A DNA stretch of 64,000 bases. Source: Callorhinchus milii. Lineage: Eukaryota. The notes under the pieces were generated by a model. That model had not been told where the DNA came from, did not search any database, and saw nothing but the letters and a program-made list of their open reading frames with translations. The stretch is taken from the NCBI RefSeq assembly GCF_018977255.1, contig NW_024704743.1:57104001-57168000 (forward strand), given 5' to 3'. Of the stretch, positions 14,741 to 26,139 are shown in pieces; the stretch's first letter is position 1; each line of letters starts with the position of its first letter. The position numbers and the translations under genes are program-made.

Positions 14741-15476
14741 CAGCTAGGTTTAAGAAGTAGAAGGAAAGAAAGCTAAGCGAGTGAGAGTCCGGATGCACGA
14801 TTCACAGGGATTATTAATAATCATCTGTATCAAACAAGATACAGATGATTATTATTAAATCATTGTAGGAATATTAATAAAATAAATAGTTCTTTTATTT
14901 GCAAAGTACCTAAAAATAAATGATCCGCGATAGTTAGTAAAGATCATTCTTTCCTTCCTTTTCTTTAGTGTGTTAGGGTAGTATGCACAAGAAACACAAC
15001 AACAATAATAATCCTTGCATTTGATACACCGCTTTATCATTTGGACACACCAACGCACCATCTTTCACAGGATTTATTTTAAAATGTCGTAACTGAGAAA
15101 TGTGTTCGCCTATAAAACACGATCGTTACGCTTTACAGCAAAACCTGTGAACCACTTTTGAGACATCCTCCCGACATGAAACGCGCTGTCGCCAGGGCAA
15201 GCTAAGGATCGTTCTTATTTATTTTCAGGCAATTTGCGCGCAGCAACGTCCCGCAGGCTTTGATGGAACGGCCATTTATTTTTAAAGCTGGGAGGGTGGT
15301 CGTCGAGGACACTCGGAGAAAGTAACTTCCCTTTGCAAGTGGAAGCGGGGGACCTTTAAGCTTGCACTTGAACGGGTAACGGGGACCGCGGTTTAATGCC
15401 TCTGCCCGGGATGGCACCTTGGACAGGGCAGCATAACCCCAGCGCCACACTGGAGCGGGACAAGCAGCAGATGGCA

Positions 15477-15514
<38 letters not shown>
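15477..15514. repeat. (TGAGGG)6 telomere-variant hexamer array in SCIN intron 2
   Basis: tgagggtgagggtgagggtgagggtgagggtgaggg. Confidence 0.9.
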
Positions 15515-15549
15515 CAGGGAGAGGAAGCTCTGAGCATTGCAATGCCTAC

Positions 15550-15704
15550 CTTGTACTTCAGGTGCCCCTTGAAATACCCAACGAAGGTGTTGGATTCGTA
15601 TCCCTGTAGCTCTCGGAACTGAACAGGACTCCCTCTCAGGTAGTCGTCCATCTGGACGGTGAAAATCGCAGCGGCGGTGCTTTCATCCTGACTGCACTCC
15701 TTAC
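15550..15704 (-). CDS. SCIN: Scinderin coding exon 2
   Basis: Acceptor TTAG| at 15705, donor AAG|GTAGGC at 15549; 155 nt; (G)[73 protein letters not shown] fits SCIN rather than gelsolin ([22 protein letters not shown]). Confidence 0.95.
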
Positions 15705-15708
15705 CTAA

Positions 15709-15771
15709 CCCGACCCGACCCGACCCGACCCGGGTGGGGGGAGAGAGGGAGAGAGAGAGAGAGGGAGAGAG
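15709..15771. repeat. (CCCGA)n and (GA)n simple repeats in SCIN intron 1
   Basis: Seen directly within the 141 nt intron. Confidence 0.9.
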
Positions 15772-15845
15772 GTAACCAGGACCACCTCAAACATGTGCAG
15801 AGCCTCATAAGGACCAAGTGTGAGAGCCGAGCCCCCCAGCCTCAC

Positions 15846-16038
15846 CTAACCAGAAGTGCAGGTTGTAGGAGGAGTGGTGGGCGCCGAGGACGGTCCTCAG
15901 CAGGAGATAGGCGTCTCCCACATAGAAGTTGCCGATCAGACTGTCGGGCACCGGCACCAGCTCCAGCTTCTCCACCCGCCACACCTGCACACCAGTCTCC
16001 CGCCCAGCGGTCTCAAACTGCTTATGGTAAACCACCAT
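15846..16038 (-). CDS. SCIN: Scinderin (adseverin), first coding exon, start of gelsolin domain G1
   Basis: Translates [64 protein letters not shown]+G; ATG at 16038; donor G|GTGAG at 15845; 193 nt, phase 1; EKLELVPVP and FYVGDAYL are scinderin-type residues. Confidence 0.93.
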
Positions 16039-16052
16039 CCTGCACCCCCCCC

Positions 16053-16704
16053 ACACACACTCACACTCACACACTCACACACACTCACACACTCACACAC
16101 TCACTCACACACACACTCACACACTCACACTCACTCACACACACACTCACACTCACACACACTCACACTCACACTCACTCACTCACACACTCACTAACTC
16201 ACTCACCCACACACTCACCCACACACTCACACACACACTCACACTCACTCACACACACACTCACTCACACACACACACTCACACTCACACTCACACACAC
16301 ACTCACTCACACACACTCACACTCACTCACTCACCCACTCACTCACTCACACACTCACTCACACACACTCACTCACACTCACACACTCACACACACACAC
16401 ACACTCACACACACACACTCACACTCACTCACACACACACTCACTCACACTCACACCCACACTCACACTCACCCCCCACCCCACACACACACACACACAC
16501 ACTCACACTCACACACACACTCACACACACACACCCCCCCCACCCCACACACACACACACACACTCACACACTCACTCACACACACACTCACTCACACAC
16601 ACACACCCACACACTCACTAACTCACTCACCCACACACTCACCCACACTCACACTCACCCACACACTAACTCACCCACTCACTCACTCACTCACACCCAC
16701 ACAC
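16053..16704. repeat. Compound (CA)n/(CACT)n microsatellite, ~650 bp
   Basis: Seen directly; explains the His/Thr-rich spurious ORFs. Confidence 0.97.
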
Positions 16705-16860
16705 CGCTGCTATCTCTCCGCTGCCCTGCGATATAAGCACAAGGGAACTTTTTGCAGCGACTCTCTGAGCTCGTTGGGTTTTATGCAAAGGCAGCTCGGG
16801 GGGGGGGGGGGTGACGGGGGGTGGTGGGGCGGCGGCGAGTGAAAGCGAAATGCAACTGGT
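16705..16860 (-). promoter_or_regulatory. Candidate SCIN core promoter / 5' non-coding region
   Basis: Minus-strand TATA-like CATAAAA (~16779-16785) and TTATAT (~16731-16736), GC box GGGGCGG at 16826-16832, GAAAGCGAAA at 16841-16850; position just upstream of the microsatellite and ATG. Confidence 0.45.
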
Positions 16861-17419
16861 CACAGCTCTGGGCTGTCACTGCCTCTGAGCAAAGTCTGAG
16901 CACCAAGTCTCACAGCTGCCTCTCGACTCTCACCGCAGGATCCTTCCACGACAACTTGCGATTACATCGCGCCCGCACGCGGGGCAGGGTCTCGGAGCGC
17001 TTCCAGACATCCCCCCTCCCTCCCACCCCCACCCCCCCACCACCCCATCCCACCCACCCATTCAACAGCCACGACGACAACAACTTGCATTGATATTGCA
17101 CCGTTCAGGACGCGGGAGCGTCTCACGCGGTTTTAACCCCGGCTCAGATGTTTTGCTGTGGTTACGCGATCGCCAGTCTGAACCGCCACACCACGTCTGC
17201 GCGATGTGTAGACACCGCCAGCACCACTACCAGACCCCACGTCCAGATAGCCCAGACACACACCAAACACTCTTGCCTTTTGGAAAACTTCATGGAAGTA
17301 TTTTTTAACAGTATATGAAAATAAATTGGACAAACTGAGACGGTTGTGTTCTTTTGTTTGAAAAAATATGAAAGTCGGAGACTCAATCACACATAATAAT
17401 AATGGTAGTATTAATAATC

Positions 17420-17833
17420 TTTACATGTGGTATAACACCTTTCACATCAGGAGGCCGTCGCAAAGCTCTTTACAGGATATACTGTTTTGTGCAGTGACTG
17501 GGTTTTATGCAGGAACAGGCAGTCAATTTGTGTCCAGCAATGTCCCACAAACAGCCATGAAATGATTGACCAATTTTATCAGGAGTATTGTGGGCCAGGT
17601 CACAGGGAGAAACTCCCTCCTCTTTACGAATTGAAGTCTCATCCAAACGACGGGCACCTCCAGCAATGCAGCACCGCACCCCCACCACCACCCCCACCCA
17701 CCCACCTGCCCACCCACCGCACCGCATTAGAGTGTCAGCTCAGACTACATGGGCTCCAAATCTTGATGTGGATCTTAAACTCACCACCGTCTGATTCAAG
17801 GCGAGAGTTCTACCAACTGAGCCAGGCTGACAC
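17420..17833 (-). mobile_element. Deu-domain SINE
   Basis: Reverse complement of the same head and domain; further copies near 2350-2640, 7220-7480, 9000-9425, 36610-36860, 50250-50460, 56670-57010. Confidence 0.7.
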
Positions 17834-18107
17834 AGGCATAGACGCTTCTCAGGGTCGCTGTGTTTGGTGAGCGGCAATTGCACCCTTCATATAGAATAAC
17901 GTCTTGGTGCACTTTACAAAAACAAATTAAGCACCAAGCAGAAAAGAGCGAGAGGGTTAGGTTACCATAGACATGGTTGAAGAGGTAGGTTTCAAGGTGA
18001 GCATTAGAATGGGGCAAATAGAGAGGGGGTGAAACCGAGGGTAGAGGGAGAGAGTTTCAGGGGTTAGGGACATAGATTCTGAAGTGGCCTGGAGTCCGGA
18101 GAGGACA

Positions 18108-18800
18108 ACAACAATAACAAAATTACATTTGTATAGCGCCTTTCACGTCGGAAGAATGTCCCAGACAGAGTTATGAACCCGAGTTGTGGGTCGGGGTGGG
18201 GGAGGGGGCAGGACAGGTGGGGAAGCAGAGAGATTGAAAGCACAGTTGAAGAGGAGGGTCTTGAGGTGAGTCTTCAAGGTGACGAGTGAAGGAGTGAGAC
18301 GGAGGGACTGCGGGATGGAGTTCTAGAGGGTGGGGGCAGAGTGGTGGAAGGCCCACCCACCGATAGTGAGGCGAGCAACGTGGGGAACGTGAAGTAGGCC
18401 GGACCTCGCTGAGCGGAGGGATCGAACAGGATGGTAGGGAGTTAGGAGGTCAGAGAGGTAGGGGGGAGCAAGACCATGGAGGACTTTGAAGGTGAGGACC
18501 AGGATCTTGAACTGTATCCTCCGTGTGATAGGAAGCCAGTGGAGTCAGGTGAAGATGGGGGTGATAGGATCACGGAGCCTGGTGCGGGAGAGGACACGGG
18601 CTGCAGAGTTCTGGATGATCTGCAGCCTGTGGAGGGAGGAGTTGGGGAGGCCAACAAGCAATCAGTTTGCATAGTCGAGCCTCGAAGTAATGAAGGCGTG
18701 TATGAGGGTTTCGGTGGCCTGCGGTGTGAGACAGTGTCAGAGCCGGGTGACATTATGGAGGTGGGGGAAGGCAGAGCGCTCATGGCGCAGATGTGGGACT
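18108..18800 (-). mobile_element. L2 LINE 3' fragment
   Basis: Reverse complement of the 822-1642 family, tail at 18108-18150. Confidence 0.9.
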
Positions 18801-19124
18801 GAAGAATATGTAGCGAGCCTGAGTTAGCCTAGTGGAGGGGCGAGCAGAAGAATTGGGTAGGAAAAGATCAGAGCACTAGAGAAATGCTTAGGCATAAGGC
18901 AGAGTGACAATTCACCATTGTTTCTTAACAGGAAGTGGGTTGGTTAAAAAATGGTTACATAAACACACACCCAGATGTTAGGAAAATTGTATGATGTTTT
19001 CTGACTCACAGTAAGTAACCAGAGTGCTGGAAAAACTGAAAAAGCTCAACTCAGAGAGTATCAATGTAAGATCCCTTGCATTTAATGTGACGATTACAGC
19101 CCTAAGCAAAATGCTGTCACATCA

Positions 19125-19705
19125 AGGCTCGATTTTGGAAATTCCCTCCTCATCGGCGTTCCCAACTCTTCCCTTCACAAGTTGCAGATCATCCAAAACT
19201 CTGCAGCTCATGTTCTCTCACGCACCAGGCTCCGTGACCCCATCATTCCCACCCTCGCCCGACTCCACTGGCTCCCCATCCCCCAGAGGATCGAATTCAA
19301 GATCCTCATCCTCACTTTTAAGGCCATCCATGGCGTTGTCCCCTCCTACCTCTCTGACCTGCTGACTCCCTACCAACCTGCCCGCTTCCTCCATTCAGCC
19401 GGCTCCGGCCTGCTCCATGTCTCCCGCCCGACCTGCCCTACCATCGGTGGCCGGGCTTTCAGCCTCTCTGCTCTCACACTCTGGAACTCCATCCCTCAGT
19501 CTCTTCCCCTCGCTTCCTCCGTTGCCTCCTTCAAGGCCGGTCTCAAGACCCTCCTCTTCAATCATGCCTTCTGTCACCCTCCCACCTCTCAGCCTTCCCT
19601 CCCCCACCCCTCCCCCATGCTCAGGTCCTGACCCCTGACTGTCCAGCACCTTGGGACGTCCTCCCAACGTGAAAAGCGCTCTATAAATGTAATTTTGTTG
19701 TTTTT
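19125..19705 (+). mobile_element. L2 LINE 3' fragment
   Basis: QIIQNSAAHVLSRT...LHWLPIPQRIEFKILILTFK...TLWNSIP; tail gggacgtcctcccaacgtgaaaagcgct. Confidence 0.9.
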
Positions 19706-20656
19706 TGTAAGCAAAATGTATTAAAATGTTCTTGGTAGTGGCACTGTGGAGGAACATGCTAGAGACATCTGCATTAGAAGCTCATTTGATTGACTCTCCC
19801 CCATCCCCCCCCCACCCACCTCGTTCAAGGTCTGTCTAAAGACCTACCTCGTTGATGGCACTTTTGTTCTTCATTCCCCTCCTCAGCCCCCTTGGCTCGC
19901 ACCATAGATCAGGAACCCAGCCAGTACTGTTAAGTGCTTTCCGATGTCCTCTCGACATGAAAGGGGCTGTATAAATGTAAATTGGTATTGTATTGTACAA
20001 ATATTCAACTGGGACCTAGTCTTGGATTTTTTAATCTTAGCACAGGAATTTTGAACAATTCTCAAATTCAGTCTTAATTTTGTACAATCTACAAACAAAA
20101 CCTTCAAAATTAAGACTGAATTAGAATGTCTAAACTTCATCTCCAATGATGTTACCAGAAAAAAAATTAATGCTGGTATTAAACATGCATTTTGAGACAG
20201 CATCTTTGCAAACATCAAGATAACGTAATGTCCCAAAATGTTATTTAACAGTCTATTTGTGGGTTGAGAGGTTTTATCAAGTGGACCACTGTCAACAAGA
20301 AATATAGGAATGAAAATAAGAGCAGAAACTTAGGGTTAGGGGTTAGATAGATGAGCACTGTGTAATAATACAAACTGGTAACGGCATCACAAGTGGGATC
20401 TAATTCTATCCTAGTTAATCTTATTCAGTAGGAAAGAAGGAAGAAAGAAGAAAGAATTTACAATGTTATAGCATCTTATTGCATTGAAAAGTGTTAATGC
20501 ATTTCACAGGTAATTATCAGCAACCAATTACATTTGTATAGCGCCTTTCACACTGGGAGGATGTCCCAAGGTGCTTAATCATTGGTAACTATAGTGACTG
20601 TGTATTGAGGCAAATGCAGAGCATTTGTGCTAGCAAGACCCTACAATCAGCCATGA

Positions 20657-20974
20657 GGAGTCCTATAGCTCAGTGGTTAGAGCACTTATTTCGCAAGTGA
20701 GAGATATGGGTTCTATTCTCTGCAGGGTGAAATGTTGGGCAAGTTTCCTTATTCCACATGCCTCTGTTTTCCCAGCCGTAAGTAGGAACCTCGTTTTTAG
20801 TTGATTGGCAGATTGCTTTCCCGGGGATAATAATCCTTAAAAAAAACAATAATAATTTGGTCATTCAATCCACAACTGTTTGTAGGACACTGCTTTGTGC
20901 AATTGGCTGCCGCGTTTCTCCCACAAATATACAATTGATTCACTATATCAAATGCCAAGGATTATTATTATTAT
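20657..20974 (+). mobile_element. tRNA-derived SINE (long subfamily with fuller CORE-like segment)
   Basis: Head plus extra atgcctctgtttt...gtaagtaggaacc...gattgg block. Confidence 0.85.
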
Positions 20975-21009
20975 GAGGTGACAATAATAATGAATAATAA
21001 ATATGATGC

Positions 21010-21740
21010 TAACATTTGTTAGAGCACCTTACACATCGGGAGAATATCACAGGATATATTGTAAAGTGGACTGAACTGCGCATTTTTGTGGGTGAACTTA
21101 ATCTGGCCAGGACATCAAGGGAAACTCCCGTCGCTTTCTAAAAGTGTCATGGGATCTTAACATACAGTACATTTGAACAGGGGAGTATTTGGTTTCACAT
21201 CTTATCTGAAAAATGTCACCTCTGACAATAATAATAATAATCCTTGCATTTGATATAGCGCTTTTCATATCGGGAGGACGTCCCAAAGCGCTTCACCGAA
21301 CACACTGTAAAGTGAATTGACTGTATATTTGTGGGCGAACGTGGCAGCCAATTGCGCACAGCAATGTCCCACAAACAGTCGTAGATTGAAAATGACCAAT
21401 TTATTATTGTTTTTGTTTTTTTGGAGGGATTATTATTAGGTGTGTGGAGTAAGGAAACTTGCCCAAGATTTCGCCCTGCCTGGAATTGAACTCAGGTCAT
21501 TCGCTTGCAAAGCGAGTGCTCTAACCACTGAGCTACAGTACTCCAATGCAGCTGTCCCTCAGTACTGCACTGGAGTATTAGCTTTAACTATGATCTGAAC
21601 TTCTGGGAGTCATGCCTGTTCTGAAGGTTAACACCACTGACAGTGCAACGCTTCCTCCCAGCATTGCAATAGAGTGCCAGTCGAACACACAACCTTCTGA
21701 GTCAGAGGCGAGAGTGCTGCCAACTGAATAAAGCTGACTG
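21010..21740 (-). mobile_element. Deu-domain SINE split by the young SINE
   Basis: tggccaggaca...gtcatgggatctt before the insert; caatgcagc...cagtactgcactggag...tctgagtcagaggcgagagtgctgccaactga after it. Confidence 0.7.
21229..21544 (-). mobile_element. Same young SINE, nested in an older Deu-domain SINE
   Basis: Nearly identical to 26236-26554 and to the reverse complement of 61000-61318. Confidence 0.9.
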
Positions 21741-22899
21741 ATAAGGAAGAATATTATTATTGATGTCTGTAGTGATTCTAGTTTTTTTTGGGTCAGCCGG
21801 GAATTTTGGGGTCAGCTGGATGTCTTACACATGTGGAAATCCATCATCATGCTTAAGAGTATCCAAACTAAACTGAAAATTCCTTGTATCCCACCTAAAC
21901 ATGGAAATCCCAGAGATAGATTGTTGGAATAGAATGTGCACTCTCTCCTTGGGGGGTTTCATCCTGCTTACCTAATTCCAGAAATTATTGGGTGAGGTTT
22001 GGCAAGAGCCAATGTTTGGGGACCCCAGAATATACATTGGGGTACTGCTAGAGTCTAACCAGTTAAAACCGCATAGCTTGCCATTGATATCAATGTCTGG
22101 CAAGCTTTCCCACTGCTTGTCCAGGTAGGACCACCCTACCTGTTGGGGTTTTGGCCTGCAGGGTTAGCAGGAGCTGAGTGGGAGGATTACCTGCCCTCAG
22201 TGACTGGTCTGCCTTTCCAAGTCCTGTGCTATCACCAGCAGTGCCTTGGAGTACTACAGATCCGCCTGGCTTGATTACGAGTTTGACATCCAACAAGCGA
22301 TGGTTTGAGCTCTCAGTACGTGGACGGTAGATAAAGGAACTCCTTTTTAACTTCCTGGTGGGCAACACACCTCAGCATGAAATGGGTGAGAGCATAACCA
22401 CTTTCAGTGCCTTGGGACATCCTCCCAATGTGAATGGCGCTATACAAATGTAATTTTGTAATTTTGTATTGTATCTTCCTGTCCGCAGATCGGGCACACA
22501 TCCTTTCCCATTGAAAGATGGTTCCATCAGTTGGAGGAGTAGAGTTTAAGCAGCAGCTGCTTCCCTCTCTGAAGACCAATCAAGGTGGATTCCAGGGGCT
22601 GAATGTATGAATATGTTCACAAACTAGGACTCCAGGTAATGGGCTTCCAGCATTGCCCCAAGCCTCAGAGTTTCATCATCAACTAGATAGGCAGATATCT
22701 GCCTGGGTGGGAGGACCTTTCTTAGACAGCTTGTGATGTGCCAGCCATCTTGCTGTTTTTGAGGTCCAAGTATTGATTTGAAAGGGGGAAACCATAGCCT
22801 TCCAATAAGTAAGATTTGTTTGAGGAAGGAAAACGATTATGTATCTAACAATGACATTTCAACAAACACATCACTGGTTCAACCAGACCTCATCTCCAT

Positions 22900-23752
22900 C
22901 CACCAGTTGTCCTGATTGGCTCCTGTCAGCGCCTCCAAACCTCAGGCGCTGACAGCATCATCATTCATGGATGCACACTCCACCTTACTAAGCCAGTCCA
23001 GAACCTTGGCATCCTGTTAGACCCTCAACTATCCTTTCTACCCCACATCCGTGCCATGACCCGCTCTGCCTTCCCCCACCTCCGCAACTTCAACTAGCCC
23101 CACCACTGTCCCACACTGCAGGCTGCCGAAACTCTCATACATGCATCATTACATTGAGACTTGACTATGCAAACACTTTGCGTGTTGTCCTTCCCAACTC
23201 CTTCCTCCATAGGCTGCAAATCATCCAGAATCTGCAGCCCGAGCTCTCTCCTGCACCAGGCTCTGTGACTCTAGCACCCCCACCCTTGCCCGACTCCACT
23301 GGCTTCCCATCACACAGAGGATACAGTTCAAGATCCTGGTCCTCACCTTCAAAGCCCTCCACGGTCATGCTCCCCACCTACCTCTGCGACCTCCTAAACC
23401 CCTACCATCCTGCCCGCTCCCTCCATTCAGCAGGCTCCGGCCTGCTTTACGTCCCCCGCCTCGCCCACCCCACTATTGGCAGGTGGGCCTTCTGCTACTC
23501 TGCCTCCACCATCTAAAACTCCATCCTGAAGTCCCTCCGCCTCACCCCCTCCCTTCCTACCTTTAAGACTTGACTCATCTCAAGACCCTCCTCTTTGACC
23601 GTGCTTTCAATCATCCTGCTTCCCCACCTGCCCTCCACGCTCCCCAATCCTGACGCCCAGCTCAGGTCTGAAACTCTGACTATCCAGCACCTTGGGACAT
23701 CCTCCCGACATGAAAGGCGCTATACAAATGTAATATTGTTGTTGTTGTTGTT
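22900..23752 (+). mobile_element. L2 LINE 3' fragment
   Basis: RLDYAN..LHRLQIIQN; (GTT)n tail. Confidence 0.88.
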
Positions 23753-24554
23753 ATTTCTATTAGAATAATAACAAATTAATGGCCTGCCAGTACTTGAATT
23801 TCAGGGCATTAATTTGTTTCCTTAAAGCAAAATTGCTCATTAACGGGGTTGTTATGAGTTGCTTCCTCCAACTCAAACACGAGATAGCCATTCGGTAACC
23901 CACTATCTTGCACAATTGTATCTAAATTGCGTTGATTTCTAATGGAATCCTTCAGGATTGACTGGGTCATTCCCTTCACTCAGCGGACACCGGCCTGCTT
24001 CAGTTGCCAACCGGCCCCACCATCGGTGGGAGAGCTTACAGCTTATCTCTCCCACTCTCTGGAAGTCCATCCTACAATCCCTCCAACTCACTCCTTCCCT
24101 CACCTCATTCAATGTCTATCTCAAGACTTACCAGTTTGACCATATTTTCAGTCATCTTTCCCTTCCCCACTTTCCTCATCCCCCACCCCCAGTCCGGCAT
24201 TGTCAAGCTCTTTCAGACGTTCTCCCAATATGAAAGGTGCTATGTAAATCTGTATTATATTGTTATAAGGGCACTGAGCCACAATTAATGATTCATTCTG
24301 GTTAATAAGAAATACTTTACACTGATTCTACTTTCAAAGTTGATTGCTTTAGAACTGCATTCCCTGTAGGTGAGTATGATATAGTCCTGGTATCAGGAGT
24401 TCCGTTTTTTATCATGGAGTTTTTATTTCAAGAATCCAAATAGAAATTGCCATATTTTAGAAAGTGACAAGCTATTGGAATTTTATGATAATTATATAAT
24501 ATAACTATGCATGCAGTTTGAAGAATATCTTATGTTCCTTTTATGTTGGAAAAG

Positions 24555-24914
24555 CTAGCCCTCCTCTGCGACCTCTTAACCCCCTACCAACCCTCCCGTT
24601 CCCTTCGCTCAGCCGGCTCTGGCCTGCTCCACGTCCCCCGACCCACCTGCCCCACCATTGGCGGGAGAGCCTGCAGCCACTTTTCCCCCAACTTCTGAAA
24701 TTCCATCCCCCAGTCACTCCGCCTCGCCTCCTCCTTAGACTCCTTCAAGACCCACCTCAAGATCATGCCATCGGCCACTCCCCTTCCCCTCCCCTCCCTT
24801 ACCCCCCAACCCCAGCTCGGGTCTGAAAGGCTGTACTCTGTCCAGCGCCTTGGGACGTCCTCCCGACGTGAAAGGCGCTATACAAATGTAATCTTGTTGT
24901 TGTTGTTGTTGTTG
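24555..24914 (+). mobile_element. Short L2 3' end
   Basis: Same 3' UTR and (GTT)n tail. Confidence 0.85.
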
Positions 24915-25209
24915 ACATCACTTCCACAGTGGAGCTATTCAGAGCAAGATTTATATTATCTGCTTGTTGTTGTTTGTTGTTGATCATTGTTCCAACTGGG
25001 GCTGTGCAGAGCTTTTGTGTTTGCACAGCGACATGCATGAGCAGAGCTCCACTAACTGATGCTGCCAAGTGTTTTAAAAGATTTGTAAATGAGGATCATT
25101 AAAATTTTAATTTCGGTCCAACAGACAAAGCAGAAACAAACAAATGTTATTGTTTTGAAGTTTACAGCTGAGTTCTCTGAGACACTATCTAACGTGAAGG
25201 ACACTACAA

Positions 25210-25670
25210 AACAACAACAACAACTTTGATTTATATAGCGCCCTCCATGCCGGACAGCGTCTCAGAGCGCTTTACATTAACGGATCCCGGGACCGAGCCA
25301 GGGGGAGGGGGTGGAAGGTGACCAAAGGCACGGTCGAAAAGAAAGGTCTTCAGCAGAGACCTGACAATGGGAAGGGAGGGAGCGAGATGAAGGGAGTGAG
25401 GAAGGCAGTTCCGGAGCCTCAGGGCATAGTGGCTGAAGGCATGGCTGCTGACGGCGGAGCGGAGGACACGGGGGATGAGGAGGAGGCCAGACCCAGAGGA
25501 ACGAAGGCAATGGGTACTGTTTTGAGGAGAAAGGAGGTCAGAGATGTAGGGGGGTGCAGAGGAGTACAGGGACTTGAATACAAAGGTGAAAATCTGAAAT
25601 CGATCCTCTCTGGGATAGACAGCCAGAGCAGTCTGGCAAGGACTGGGGTGATCGGGGAGCGAAGCGGAAT
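25210..25670 (-). mobile_element. L2 3' fragment, different CpG-rich subfamily
   Basis: RSPITPVLARLLWLSIPERIDF on minus; CAA tail at 25210-25225. Confidence 0.75.
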
Positions 25671-26139
25671 TCCGTGCAAGTTGTAGTTGTTGCTGTTAGG
25701 AATCAACTGCAGTAAAACTGAAATTGTGCTGCAGCCATTTTTCCTCTGCGTTACTTTTTATCTGAAAGAACTTGCCTTTTACAGCACTTTATTAAATCCA
25801 AACAACTCAAAGCACTTCACAGGTAATTGGTGCCGTGCATAGTGACTTTTTGTAGGTAATAGCAACAGTCATTTGTGCCACAACGTCTCAAGGTCTCACA
25901 AACGACCATGAGGTGATTTCAATTAACCTGACAAGAGTGAAAGTTCCATAGTTCCTTCTTTTATCAAATAGTAACACAGGATCTTTAACATCCACCTAAG
26001 GGGCAGAGAGGACGGCAATCTTAATATTGCATCCAAAAAATGGGAAAGAGGGAAAGGCAGCACAGATTCTGGTTGTGAAGTACAATTTTAGGACAGATAC
26101 CAGTGTTTCTTTGAATAGAGGATAATCCCAACTCCATCT

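Larger units (their letters stand above)
15050..17250. promoter_or_regulatory. CpG/GC-rich island over the SCIN 5' end
   Basis: Visibly high CpG density (e.g. 16961-17000, 17101-17220, 15231-15400) against CpG-poor flanks; spans the first coding exons. Confidence 0.7.

Noticed and set aside
15795..16736. 313 aa His/Thr-rich plus-strand ORF
   Set aside because: Translation of the CA/CACT microsatellite, antisense to SCIN exon 1
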